A model generated the notes under the pieces. It searched no databases. It saw only the letters and a program-made list of their open reading frames with translations, and had not been told where the DNA came from. 64,000 bases of DNA from Octopus sinensis (taxonomy: Eukaryota): NCBI RefSeq assembly GCF_006345805.1, contig NW_021833243.1:1-64000 (forward strand). The letters run 5' to 3'. Of this stretch, positions 47,375 to 60,939 are shown one piece after another. How positions within the stretch are numbered: the first letter of the stretch is position 1; each line of letters begins with the position of its first letter. A program made the translations under genes and the position numbers.

Positions 47375-47665
47375 GAAGGTGTGCGGCTCAGCGGTTAGGA
47401 CATTCGGCTTACGATCGTGAGATCGCGAGTTCGAGTCCCGGCGACGCTTTGTATCCTTAAGCAAGGCACTTTATTTCACGTTGCTCCTGTTCACTCTGCT
47501 GGTAAAAAAAAAAGGAATGAGTACGTGTATTTGAAAGGAGCAGTCTTATCACATTTTGAATCACGCTGAATCTCCCTGACATCTACATTAAGGGTAGACG
47601 TGTCTGTGGAGTACTCAGCCACTTGCGTGTTAATTTCACGAGCAGGCTGTTCCGTTGATCGAATC
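47375..47665 (+). mobile_element. tRNA-CORE SINE with gtgacaaggctgg-type tail
   Basis: A box cggctcagcgg, B box gagttcgagtcc, CORE ccttaagcaaggcact. Confidence 0.8.
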
Positions 47666-48679
47666 ATCTAAAATGAAGGGAAGGGATATGGTTATAAATG
47701 CCGAACGGGGGGTGGGGTAGGGTGAGTTTCGGGCGAAGGGAGTAATTCGATAAACGAAGGTGGGCTGTCGGCAGGGGGGAAAACTGAAGCAGGTAGAAAG
47801 GTATGAGATAGATAGAGAGGGTAGACAGAGAGGGGGAAAAAAGGAAAGGATAAGTTGGTAGCAATGGCAATGGGTAGTTAGGGCTAAGCTGTTCTTGTTG
47901 AACTCACTTCATTTCAATAAACGCCCTTCCATTTTCTCATCGTACCTATTTCTCTTTTTCAGATCTATAACCTCCATCAACCCTAATTAATAACGACTGT
48001 AGTCAACGCACTCAGCTACGACTCCACTCTTCATAATACTCCCCATCTCTCGATTCACCACAACTACTTCTCTGTCACTTGGTCACTCACCCCATCTTCC
48101 CTCCCGTTCCGACTCTCCTAACTCTTCTTGTCCTCTTTCTGCCTTAACACGTCCTCCTACCCTGAACCACCTACTACCTCTCTCCACTTACTTTTGTCGG
48201 ACTTCTTCACTCATTCTACCCTGCATTATGATTTGAACTATTAGATTTCAACCTTTCCATCTTGATGACGGAAGCCGGATTTACTGTAATATTTATAAGC
48301 AGCCATTACAGGTTGCGTATCCATAATTTTTGCACAATCCATTAGCGAACATTACTACTATTCCGTAATTCCGATACCCCAGTAACAACTGTCAGACCTG
48401 AAATCCCATGCCCTAACCCTTAAGTTTTCTGCATTTTTGTAATCCGTGTGAATCTGTTCTGTAAACATATAAAAAAACCTACATGCTGTTACAAGAGTGT
48501 TTATCTTCTGAATGAATATTTTCAGTTGTTTTTCTTACTCTATATATCGCTATGTAGATTTACATGTATATGTATATTTTATATATCAAACCTAAGCGTG
48601 TTTATATATTTCTTTGCATCATCTCCTCCCTCGCTCTGTCTGTCTTTCTCTCCTTCCCTCCTCTTCCCCCCTCTCTTCC

Positions 48680-48729
<50 letters not shown>

Positions 48730-49172
48730 TGTGTCTGCTGATGTAACCGATTGCGACACTGTCTGATGTAGAAGTGAGATAAAGCGATGTGTCATTATCC
48801 GGTCGAGCTTGCTCGTACATTAAACGTTTCTCCATTGCAAATTTCTCGTCTATGGTCGCAGGTCTTTTAGGCGATTGCAATGTCAGTCAAACTGATGGTT
48901 TTTTTTTTTCCAAATACGATTGTTAAAAGTGTAATTTGTTCTGCCAAGTGGAAAGAAATCCAAACGCAATGTATTTTTCATGTTTTTCACTTTATTCCCT
49001 GCTGCCATCCTGCTTATCAACGATAGGGAAAATTCCGTTCTATCCAGACCGTCCGGATTTCACCGCGACCCTGTCAGATTGACTAACGGGTGCTATGCCT
49101 TGCCAAAGGCGATCCGTAATGCTATGCTACCCGGGACAGCTTATTGCGTATTCGCAGCTGACCTATATACAT

Positions 49173-49255
<83 letters not shown>

Positions 49256-50169
49256 AATATATATGTATGTATGTATAGTTGAAACATTCTGTCACAACCC
49301 GGAACCTTGAAGACTGCTTAAATACAAGAAAGTAAACTAGTCCCTTAATATTTGATATTCAAAGACAAGCAACTTCATTTTACTGTATATATTATATATA
49401 CTATATATTCTATATTCTACATCAATATTATAAAGAATATAAATAAAACATAAAAAATAGACAGTGTTGGAATTCCTTTGAATAATATATATATATATGC
49501 ATACTGACCATTCCCTTATCCGCATACTGGGGACCCGATGAATGGGAGTTTTCATTACCAAACCACACAGTGATTTGCAGATTGTTCTAATACTGTGTTT
49601 GTAAATTTGTAAATGACGTTGGAATGGGCAACAACGATATGTAGCTTTTTCCAATTCCTTGCATGGATATGTGTGCATGTACGTGTACATACATATGTGT
49701 GTTTGTACATCTATGTGTATGTGTAAGAACCAACGTCATACGGCTCTTTATTTAGTATTCTAATATTTAGAGTGCAGCCAGCCATCACTTAGATGTAAAA
49801 CTTTATGAATCAATAATATACCACGGCAACACTACCACCGTCACTATCTCACTATGTCCATAATTAGCTTCTTGGCCTGTTCCTTTTATGGCGAATTCTG
49901 GCGCTCTGTGTAATTATACATACAGATGGCGAATTTACCGGATGCTGCTGCACTTGTGACACTTGTCAAAGTTGCAAACAAACATTTTTACATAATACAC
50001 ACACACACACATACACACACACTCATACACGTATACACGTACGCGTATATATACAGACAGAAAGGTGGGTGTGGAATACTTAATACAAAATAAGAGAGTT
50101 TAATATTTTATTCAATCTGATCCAATGTCTAGCCGGTTACTCAGGATCAAACTAAATTAACTATTTGTT

Positions 50170-50183
50170 TCATCTATCTATCC

Positions 50184-50218
<35 letters not shown>

Positions 50219-50227
50219 AATCTATCA

Positions 50228-50287
<60 letters not shown>

Positions 50288-50304
50288 GTCTGTCTGTCTG
50301 CCTT

Positions 50305-50340
<36 letters not shown>

Positions 50341-50345
50341 CCTAC

Positions 50346-50435
<90 letters not shown>

Positions 50436-50450
50436 GTCTGTCTATATATG
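50170..50450. repeat. (TATC)n microsatellite
   Basis: Direct reading. Confidence 0.95.
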
Positions 50451-51049
50451 TAGCTAGCTACGCATAAACATAGAGAGAGTAAGCGTGAAAGAGGGGAAAT
50501 TTGATCGGTTGACGAAACTATGAAGCTCGCACGATGGATTTTATCACCTGCCTTGTCACAATTGAATCACGCTGATTCTGTCTAACGTCAAAAATATGTG
50601 TGCGCGAGATACTCAACCACATGGCATGCTAATTCAACGCGCACATTTTTCAGGAGATTGAACGCTTGGGGGTTATACATCAAGATTGACGGCCAATCTG
50701 ACATCACTATATTATGCTAGTGGCGGAGATGGCGAATTAATATATCATTTCACTCTTCAAGCAGAGAGTTTTTTTCCTTCAAGAACGGGAATTATATATG
50801 AGTATCTCATGACTGAATAATCTGCGGTAGAATATAGACGTTTCGTATGAATGTAGTAATTTGATCAGATAACACTTTCATTTAGGATGATGACTGATTT
50901 AAATGAATACAAATAAATTATTCATTCCGCATTATCGATATGTAAAAATATCTCAGTGAAATAATCAAGCATGCGTGGTTGTACTCAACTGCACTGATGA
51001 AGTACAGATATATACTGTAGCAAAACATGTGTCCATATCTCTCCATTAC

Positions 51050-51199
51050 CTACGAATAATGTCAGAGTTACTCCTCTTTGAAGCATGTAAATAGTTCACG
51101 AAAAATTCGTTAATTTCTTTAAATTTATCTCCCCTTTTCTTTGAGAGTCGCCAACAGCTGCCGCTGGATTTTCCTCTTTTCATCTTTTAACCACTGCAG
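51050..51199 (-). CDS. Candidate host-gene exon (needs a 1-nt correction in a G run, or an internal ATG at 51183)
   Basis: Acceptor ttttattcttag|CTG and donor AG|GTAATG; would read LQWLKDEKRKIQRQLLATLKEK(G)DKFKEINEFFVNYLHASKRSNSDIIR; no homology recognised. Confidence 0.25.
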
Positions 51200-51882
51200 C
51201 TAAGAATAAAATTTTAATTAATTAAAAAGAATTTTGTTGTATTTTTTTTGCAATGTGATATTTAATGCATTACCTGTTAATTAATTGATTATCGAGATTT
51301 ATGCCATTTGTGTATTTTAGTTATTTCCCTTTGCTAATTTTTCTTTTTTAATTATGGCCTTGTTATTTTTACTGTTATTGTTGCTGCCTTTGGAGAAGAA
51401 TAATCCCAGAAGTTCAGTTTGAGAGGAATTATACCTAAATCTGCTCTCTCTACAATATGACACGTAACATTGTTCACAGTAATAATCTATTGATCCCAAT
51501 ACAATTTATCAATATTGCCCGCTGGGGCAAATAGAAGAAATCCTCATCCACTCACACATACACATCCCCCCCCCACACACACATACGCACAAACATACGC
51601 AAGCATGCACACACACATATACTCACTGCTGCATGCGCACATATACGCAGGTACACAACCACACGCATACAGAATAAATACAGCAGAGTTAATGAAACTA
51701 CAACGAGACTTACATATAGTGAATTACATATACAACAGACGTAACGATACAGCTACATATACACACACACACCATACACACACACAGAATCGCACACGCT
51801 CATACACACAACTTTAGACATTTTTATATAACGAAATGGCCACATTCTTGCAATCTGAGACTTACAAACTCATACACACATA

Positions 51883-51921
<39 letters not shown>

Positions 51922-52590
51922 TATATAATATATATGTATGTAGTATGTATGTATGTATGTATGTATATATGTATGTATGTGTATGTGTGTGTATACGCAC
52001 ATAGAAAACTAGGTGGTATCACACATCTTATACATGCTCATGCACACATAGCAGAAATATAGGGACATATACACACATACAATATATATATATAATGTAT
52101 ATATATATATATATAATATATATATATATATATTATATATTATATATATATATATACATATACATATAATATGTGTATTATAAATATGTGTTCTTGTGTA
52201 TATAAATGAAACTTCCTCTCACGTGTATAGACACGTACATACAAAATATAAGTCTTAGTCTTATATAAGCACACCGCGAAACCTTTACTCACCTTACATG
52301 TAATAAAACATATTCACATACTTACATAAACTATAACCTATACTCACACATACACACACAAAAAGACCACAGTCAAACATCCACAAAAAACACAAAAAAG
52401 ATGTGAAAATCGCTAGAAGAATATTCTCGTCTGAATAAATAAAAACGAGTCCATGAGCCGTTGTAACGATTTTACAGTGAGATAATCGGCTAAGAAAATC
52501 TACTTTATAACTATTGATATTATGATTATCATTCCTATTAGTAATATTATTGTTATTACTATTATAATTATTTTTTATTTTATTATTATA

Positions 52591-52653
<63 letters not shown>

Positions 52654-52815
52654 TGTTGTTATTATTGTTATTATCGGTTATTCTTAAAATGAATAGTCTT
52701 CCCTTTCTTTTTAGGCTAACGTCGTATTTACCAATGGCTGAATGCAAACAAAGACACCACATAGATACATACACGTACTCAAACACATGCATGTACGTAC
52801 ATAGATACACACACG

Positions 52816-52855
<40 letters not shown>

Positions 52856-52859
<4 letters not shown>

Positions 52860-53027
52860 ACTAAAATACGGTTGTCTGAGGGACACCACCATGCCGAAAT
52901 AGCAGTCAAATTCCTGACTCTAAAAGCCACCTTAAATGTTCATATCATAGGGTGGTTTTCAGAGTCAGGTATTAGACTGCTATTTCGGCATGGTGGTGTC
53001 TCTCAGACAACCTTATTTTTAGCTGTA
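52856..53027. mobile_element. MITE-like hairpin (~70-bp inverted arms, TA ends)
   Basis: taca(a/g)ctaaaa..ggttgtctgag...ccac is complementary to gtgg...gacaacc..tttagctgta. Confidence 0.65.
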
Positions 53028-53115
53028 AAAAATTATTTCCTTTGTATGGTATTTATTCCCATTCTGGCCACTTGATAATATCGATATTTAAATATCGATA
53101 TTATCCTTATTATAA

Positions 53116-53158
<43 letters not shown>

Positions 53159-53185
53159 AGATATATATATATATATATATATAAA

Positions 53186-53605
53186 ATATTATAGAGACAA
53201 ACCACTATTTTGCAAAACAAACAAGGAAAGACTTAATCAATACATAAAAATTTAATAAATAGTCAAAAAAACCGCCACTACAATCGTTTCTTGTCTTGAT
53301 CGACAATCTTCAGGTGGACTTCCAATAAGTCAGTTTCAAATTATGAAGTGAAATTCACTTCATAATTTGAAACTGACTTATTGGAAGTCCACCTGAAGAT
53401 TGTCGATCAAGACAAGAAACGATTGTAGTGGCGGTTTTTTTGACTATTTATTAAAATTTTATGTATTGATTAAGTCTTTCCTGTTTGTTTTGCAAAATAG
53501 TGGTTTTGTCTCTAATAATATTTTATAATATTTTACTATAAAATTGGATTTAATCCTAAATCTGATTTTTTCCCTGTAAATTTGGATTTATTCCCTAATA
53601 TTTAT

Positions 53606-53659
<54 letters not shown>

Positions 53660-53895
53660 TATTTTAAATTAGAGACAAAACCACTATTTAACAATTTAAC
53701 TATTATAATTGTTAAATTTCTAAATTATATAAATTATTTTATGTATTGGCTTAAGTCTTTCTTTGTTTGATTTGCATAATAGTGGTTTTGTCTCTAATTT
53801 AAAATAATATAATATTTTACTATAAAATTGGATTCGATCCTAAATATGATTTTTCCCTGTAAATTTGGATTTATTCCCTAATATTTATTATTATA
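53186..53895. mobile_element. Near-perfect PLE-type palindrome (centre 53353) with HHRs, plus a second tail copy
   Basis: Arms 53186-53352 and 53354-53520; the tail 53461-53610 is repeated at ~53740-53895. Confidence 0.87.
53389..53431 (+). ncRNA. Type I HHR (mirror on minus strand at 53275-53317)
   Basis: ccac-CTGAAGA-ttgtc-gatcaa-gacaa-GAAAC-GATT-GTA-gtgg; cleavage after 53427. Confidence 0.8.
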
Positions 53896-54132
53896 TATAT
53901 ATATATATATATTAGTTATGTGTGCATGAGTATGTACGTATCTATGTTATATTCACACAAACACACACACACACACACACATATAGTAGAAGACACTTAA
54001 CCCAAGGTGCCTCGCAGTGGGACTGAATCCGGAACCATGTGGTTGGTAAGCAATCTACTTACCACACAGCCACATATACACACACATACACACATATTAT
54101 ATATACTTATAACGAGAAATTTATATTATATG

Positions 54133-54184
<52 letters not shown>

Positions 54185-54186
<2 letters not shown>

Positions 54187-54515
54187 GCACAGTTAAGAAG
54201 TTTGCCTCCCAACCACGTGGTTCCAGGACCAGTGTCACTACGCAGAACCTAAGACAATTGTCACCTACCATAGCCTCGGGACAAGCAATGCCACATGATT
54301 AAATTTGGTTGGCAGAAACTGTGTTTGTACCCAACTTCATCTTAATGACCGCCATTGCTTTCTTTACTTTCCTGCAAATTAGAAGTTTAGCGAAAGAGAG
54401 CGATAGAATAAGTACCAGATTAATAAAAAAACTAAGTGCTGTGGTCAATCTGTTCGAGTAAAATCTTTCATAACGATGCCCCAGTATGGCCAAAGTTCAA
54501 TGACTGAAATATGTA
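54185..54515 (+). mobile_element. Degenerate CORE SINE (head and tail)
   Basis: aagtttgcctcccaaccacgtggttcc head; ccagtatggcc..caatgactgaaa tail. Confidence 0.6.
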
Positions 54516-54869
54516 AAATGTAAAAAATATTACTGACCGTCAAACTAATACAGGGTGGGGCTGAGAGGACGGACGGTTTTGAAATGGCTATTGCTCCACA
54601 CATAATAATCAGGGGTGTTGTACTCTGGGGAGTTAAGTGACCACATGTTACGGGTGGTGTGGTCGCAGAAATTGTCTGACAGCCATGAGTGGGTTTCCCT
54701 GGTTGTGTGACATGGTGCAGACTGCTGTTTTTTTCACCGACGGTGCCCAACTGATCCTACTATACTGTGTAGACGAGAAAATGTAAAAAAAGAAATTCTG
54801 CATGCGCAAAGCTAAAAATATAAAATGGCGACAATTTACCCACCGCACACCCCGCTGCTTGGAATTTTA

Positions 54870-55055
54870 TTTTAATTCTCTCGCAGGAAGGCCTAGTTAA
54901 CGAGTGTCCTGTCTTGCCTTCGAAACACGCTCGAGTTAACTAGCGACAGCTGATGACGGTGGATTTTTCCTCGTGTAGCATGTCCTGTACTTGTTTTCTT
55001 GTTATAAATTTTTGTTTTTTCGTTTCCACGTCTTATTGTGGTGTCCTGTACTCAC
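54870..55055 (+). mobile_element. pLTR-like repeat, same family as 33020-33260
   Basis: Shared ccttcgaaacacgc...cagctgatga...tggtgtcctgtactc. Confidence 0.72.
54904..54960 (+). ncRNA. Candidate permuted (pseudoknotted) hammerhead ribozyme, copy A
   Basis: GUGU-C/CUGUC...GAA-ACAC...GACAG-CUGAUGA; see findings. Confidence 0.5.
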
Positions 55056-55143
55056 GTATATTTATTTATATATGCATGTATATATACATGTAGATGTAGG
55101 TACGTACATATATGTTTGTATGTATGCATATATTTTATATCAC

Positions 55144-55229
<86 letters not shown>

Positions 55230-55879
55230 ATAATATATATACATACATAGAAATTAAATAATATATATATGCATGTGTATATATATATATTATATATATA
55301 ATATATGTATTTATATATATACATATATATATATACACACACATATATAAATATATATAAGTACTTATACGCATGTACACTTGTGTGTGTGCAGTGATGG
55401 ATGTATGCATGCATATATGTATAAGTGTGTATGTGTGTACGTGCGCGTGTATACATTCTTGTACATGTGTATTTGCCCATGTGAATTTTGAAACTTGTGT
55501 CTGTCCGTCCGTGTGTGCTCTGCTTAATCTCCGACAACTCATCGCGTGACACAGAATAACTATAAAGGACGGAAATTAGGACTTACTGGAAAAGAAACCA
55601 CGTGCATTGAAATACTCATATCCTCACACTCATAATGTACACACATACACACACACACACACACACGCATGTATGCATACATACAAACATACATACAAAC
55701 ATACATTCAAACATACATACATACATACATACATACATATGTAAGTACATGCATAGGTATATATATATATGTATGTATATATATATATGCATATATATAT
55801 ATATATATATGTGTGGTGTGTGTGTGTGTGTGTGCATATTATGTGTGTATATATATACACACGCACACATATGGTTAAG

Positions 55880-56174
55880 TCATGTGGCTTAGTGGATAGG
55901 GTATTCATCGTCAGGTTGTGAGTTCGAAAACCGGCAGGGCGTTGTGTCCTTGAGGAAGGCACTTTACTTTACATTTTCCAATACACTCAGCTGGCAAAAC
56001 TGAATAGTACCTGTAATTCAAAGGACCAGCCTTGTTATATTCTGTATCACGCTGAATTTACCTTTAAACTACGTTAAGGAGTGTTCGAGTGTCTGTGGAG
56101 TGCTCAGCCACTTGCACGTTAATATTACGAGCAGGCTGATCAACTGGTATCCTGGTCTTCGTAACTGACAGAGT

Positions 56175-56175
<1 letters not shown>
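55880..56175 (+). mobile_element. tRNA-CORE SINE with gtgacaaggctgg-type tail
   Basis: tggcttagtgg, gagttcgaaaa, gtgtccttgaggaaggcact. Confidence 0.72.
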
Positions 56176-56220
<45 letters not shown>

Positions 56221-56242
56221 CATATATATATATGTATATATG

Positions 56243-56320
<78 letters not shown>

Positions 56321-56321
56321 C

Positions 56322-56352
<31 letters not shown>

Positions 56353-56435
56353 ATATATATACATACATATATAATATATATAATATATATATATACACAC
56401 ACATACACACACACACTACACACACACATACCACA

Positions 56436-56499
<64 letters not shown>

Positions 56500-57299
56500 C
56501 ACACACATGCGGTCATATGTGTGCCTGAATATATGTCTGCGTATGTACGTATATTCGTTATATATATTGATTGTTTCGTTGATTGAAATATAAAGATTAT
56601 TAATGCGAAAAATTACTGAAAACTGAACATATAGAACATAAATTGTGATAAACACATACATATTATATTCATATATCTTTCTCCGAGAACGAATTCGTTT
56701 TTCTAACCAACCTCACATTTAAAATTAAACAAACAGTATTTCTGTTAACAGAAGATAACCAGATGCGGTTGTAAAGCAGTTATGCACACTATATCTATAG
56801 ACTATATAGATAAATTAAAAAGAAAGAGAAAAAAAACAGGAATATACTAATGCAGTCGAAATATCTATAAATCATTTCTGTCTGTGAAATAATTTGCTGT
56901 AGCGCTCAAAAGTCTGAAATTTAATTTTAGTAAAGGTATCTAAAATTTACGCAAAGTCGCGGCAGTTACGTCGTGGATTTCCAGTACAAGAAAGAATTAT
57001 CATCAATGATTCTATCAATATTTCAACTGTGTTCGTACCTTTGTTTATTCTCGTCTTTGGTATTTTTCTGTTTTTTAACAGTATACTTTTCATACGAGTC
57101 TTTCAATAACGAAATAGTTGGTCAAAATACCACAGACAAATTCATTGGTTTCGTGGTTCTATCAGTGTTACTGGAATAAATCGATTGATTTCGATCAACA
57201 TACCATATTACAGTTATGAATAGATTAAAATATTATTATTATTATTATTATTATTATCATTATTATTATCATTATTATTATTATTATTATTAGATATAC

Positions 57300-57755
57300 A
57301 TAGGCCGCGAACTGGTAGCATCGTTAGTACTCCGGACACTTTGCTTAGCGGTATTTCGTCCGTCTGCTTTCAAGTACCCCGACGTCGACTTCGCCTTTCA
57401 TCCTTTTGGGGTCGATAAAGTAAGTAGCAGTTGAACACTGGGATCGATGTAATTGATTTAACCCCTCACTCGAATTTGCTGACAATACGAAACCGTTATC
57501 AAGTGATTAGAATAGTAATAATGACGGCGGTGAGTTGGTAGAAGCGTTAGCACGTCGGGCGAAATGCGTAGCCGTATTTCGTCTGCCGTTACGTTCTGAG
57601 TTCAAATTCCGCTGAGGTCGACTTTGCCTTTCATCCTTTCGGGGTTGATTAAGTAAGTACCAGTTACGCACTGGGGTCGATATAATCGACTTAATCCGTT
57701 TGTCTGTCCTTGTTTGTCCTCTCTGTGTTTAGCCCCTTGTGGGTAGTAAAGAAAT
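57300..57755 (+). mobile_element. Two Meta-like SINEs; 57526-57755 is close to consensus
   Basis: ggcggtgagttgg..gttctgagttcaaattcc..gcctttcatcctttcggggt. Confidence 0.88.
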
Positions 57756-59644
57756 AAGAATAGTAATTATGAAATTTTATGCCGAGTTGAAATATATTGG
57801 TTTCTGTTAGTTCTTGATTTCCGAAAAGTTGGGGTGATTACGGTTGGAAATCGTATGATGAATGCTCTTCTCGGTAATCGTTATTGTTGTCTTATTCCAA
57901 CAATAACAAAAGTGGCAATAACAACGTAATTGTATTCTACTAGGTATTAATAATCAATGAAGAACAAGAATTTGTGTAAGTCCATATTCCATCTGTACGA
58001 AAAGAGGATTCTGGAATTTCTAGGCTGATCCTACGTTTGAGAAATAGATAGTAAGATAGGTAGATAGACAGACAAATAACTAGATATTGATAGAGAGGGA
58101 GAGGGAGAGAGAAGGGAAAGAGAGAAAGGGCCAGCGAGAGAAAGGGCCAGCGAGAGAAAGGGACAGCGAGTGAGAGGGAAAGCGAAATTATTTTTATATA
58201 GGCTTTGTCTGTGAACCGTCGGAACAGTCTAACATCGTTTTAATCCTCATGTTTTACAAACTCACCGAATCTTATGAGCTTCACTGAATATTATTTCTCG
58301 ACAGACCAAGATCAGTTTCCTAAAACTCTGAATATTTGGCGCTAATAATTAGATTAGTGTGCACTTAAAAACCTCGCCGTTAATGACACCTACCTACTGT
58401 CCTCAGTTGCTCTCATTGTCATGGGTAGATTATTTGTCTTCAGTTAGGAGTGTACGGCTATTAGTTTAACAGAAAAAGAAGACGTGATATATCTTCATCC
58501 ATTTTTAATTCCACCGGTTGGGCATATTTTTCGACATAATGATCGATAACCGCGAGCGATTGAACTGAAAGACGACAACTTATCCAAGATTCATACCACG
58601 TTTTTGAGCAGGAGTGGTGTAGTATACTTAATTATGCAGTACATGACCCCGCAGATCAAATATCTAATGAAGAGAATAAATCTTGTCATCTGTAAAACGC
58701 CCATAACTAAATTCCTGCTGTCTCTTACTCTTGATTGCTAAACACGTAAACATTATCACGCATGCGCATGCTACAAACTGTGAAAGTTGTTTCCATTCTA
58801 TAGCTGGAAGCACACTAATCTTGATGCAAGTTAACTGGTGTGTTTGCCATAGTTCGCTATGACACTGCTTTTCTGTTAGCCATTAGAATTAACTCTACGT
58901 TTAAATAAACATTATCTGTATCTATGAAATATATAATAAGCTTTTCCACGTGATTTCGGGTTCGATTTCGCAGTGCAGTACCATGGCTAAATTTCTTCTA
59001 CCGTTGCCTGAAAAGACAAAAAAAACTCCAGCAAAAACTGCGTTGTACATCGGTTTAATAGAAAGCTCATTTAAGAGACGTCTACCTCAACACATGTGCT
59101 CTTTCATACGTTGTCATAATGAAAACGCTACATCACTTTGAAACACATCTTGGTAAAGAAAAGTAGATTCCGCCAGCCTTGCATGGTCTACTTTGGACAG
59201 AGTGACGTCGTACACAAATGGTCCAAAACGGCGCTATTTATGGTTCAGTAGGAACTATATAAGAAAACCCACATAGACAGAGCAATGGTGAGGTCACATA
59301 CGACGTGCCATCTCACGTATTTTGTGCTTCAAGAGCTAGTCCACAGCACCGAAAATTACAGAGTCAAATTTACAGAGTCAAAAGCATTAATGTCCTGAAG
59401 TTACAAGACAATATATACATATATATGAATGTATATGTATATATATATATGTATGTGTATCATGCAGATCTGCAACAAAAGTAGTCAACTGAGAGGTCAT
59501 GGACGGAAAGTCAGAAATGACTTTGAAAAGAAGGAAGCACAAGGGGACGGTGATCATATCTGAAGAAGGAGCAACCACCATATGCATATGTGTAAACGTA
59601 CACGTATATACACATATACATACGGTCATCTGTCTATCTATTTA

Positions 59645-59703
<59 letters not shown>

Positions 59704-59758
59704 CCGTATACATACATACATAATACATACATACACATACATACATACATATATATAT

Positions 59759-59811
<53 letters not shown>

Positions 59812-59825
59812 TATATAATACATAT

Positions 59826-59988
59826 ACGATGGGCTTCTTTCAGTCTCAATCTACCAAATCCCCTCACAAGGCTTTTGTCGGCCCGAGGCTATAGTAGAAG
59901 ACACTTGCCCAAAGTGCCACGCAGTGGGACTGAACCCGGAACCATGAGGTTGGTAAGCAAGCTACTTACCACACACCCACTCCTGCGC
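59826..59988 (-). mobile_element. CORE SINE head
   Basis: aagacacttgcccaaagtgccacgcagtgggactgaacccggaacc. Confidence 0.85.
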
Positions 59989-60219
59989 CTATATATGTGT
60001 GTGTGTGTGTGTGTGTAGAATACACACACCTACACGCGCGTAAACACACCTACACGCGCGTAAACACACACACACACACACACACACACAACTACAGATA
60101 AACAAAACAGAATCATAAAAATAGATGCACTGCCCTTCATTGTCGCTCTGAGTTTCCCTTGAAGGAAGTAAGGGCAAGCCAAGAAATAGTGGTTCTCATT
60201 GACAGAAAAGAAACCTTAC

Positions 60220-60243
60220 CTTCGAATAAGTATACACGTCCAT
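60220..60243 (-). CDS. Candidate first coding micro-exon MDVYTYSK
   Basis: ATG..AAG|GTAAGG strong donor in phase 0, preceded by a pyrimidine tract; could instead be an AG|GT recursive site or chance. Confidence 0.2.
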
Positions 60244-60277
60244 GTTGACACAGAGACAAATTCAGAAGGGTGAAAGT

Positions 60278-60313
<36 letters not shown>

Positions 60314-60859
60314 GAGAGACAAAAGGAAAGGGAGGGTAGAGAAGGGATGAGAGAATGGAGGAAGCGTTGAAGAAATAATGATGCGACTTAGTTTGTGTAA
60401 ACAGTTATTAGTTATAAAATACAGAATGAAATTACTTTACAACGTTCGAGATAATTAAATTACTGCTCTTTGGTCATGTGATGTGTCACGTGTTAAAACT
60501 GATTTAAAATTTTCCTGGATCCAGACATGCAACATTCTCATCTGTTCAATTGCTAGGAAAATAATAATTAATGGGTTCATTGGGAAACACACAGTCAACA
60601 CACATAATACATACGCATAAACATGCACGTACACACATACGTGCATACCTTACAAACGCCCCCCCCCCCATACACACAGAAACACACGTGCGCGTTTTCG
60701 TTAAACTTTATCAGCTATGGCTCTGTGGTTAAGAAGCTCGCTTCTTCAAGCGCTTAGTTTCGTGTTCAAACCCACAGCATAAAACCTTTACCAAGTATTT
60801 TCTACTATTGACTTTAGCTGCCATATACTTCAGGAATATATAGAAACTGGAAAAGCACG

Positions 60860-60938
<79 letters not shown>

Positions 60939-60939
<1 letters not shown>

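Noticed and set aside
49503-49662. Open 50-codon minus-strand exon candidate (ELEKATYRCCPF...)
   Set aside because: Weak acceptor, phase incompatible with the 51050 donor, and no recognisable homology.
52868-52915. ctgag..gaaatagcagtc in the MITE arms read as an HHR
   Set aside because: There is no CUGANGA, no stem I pairing, and the orientation is opposite to the real HHR fold-backs.
59190-59290. CRE-like tgacgtc plus TATATAAG promoter
   Set aside because: Short motifs are expected by chance in AT-rich DNA, and there is no linked exon.
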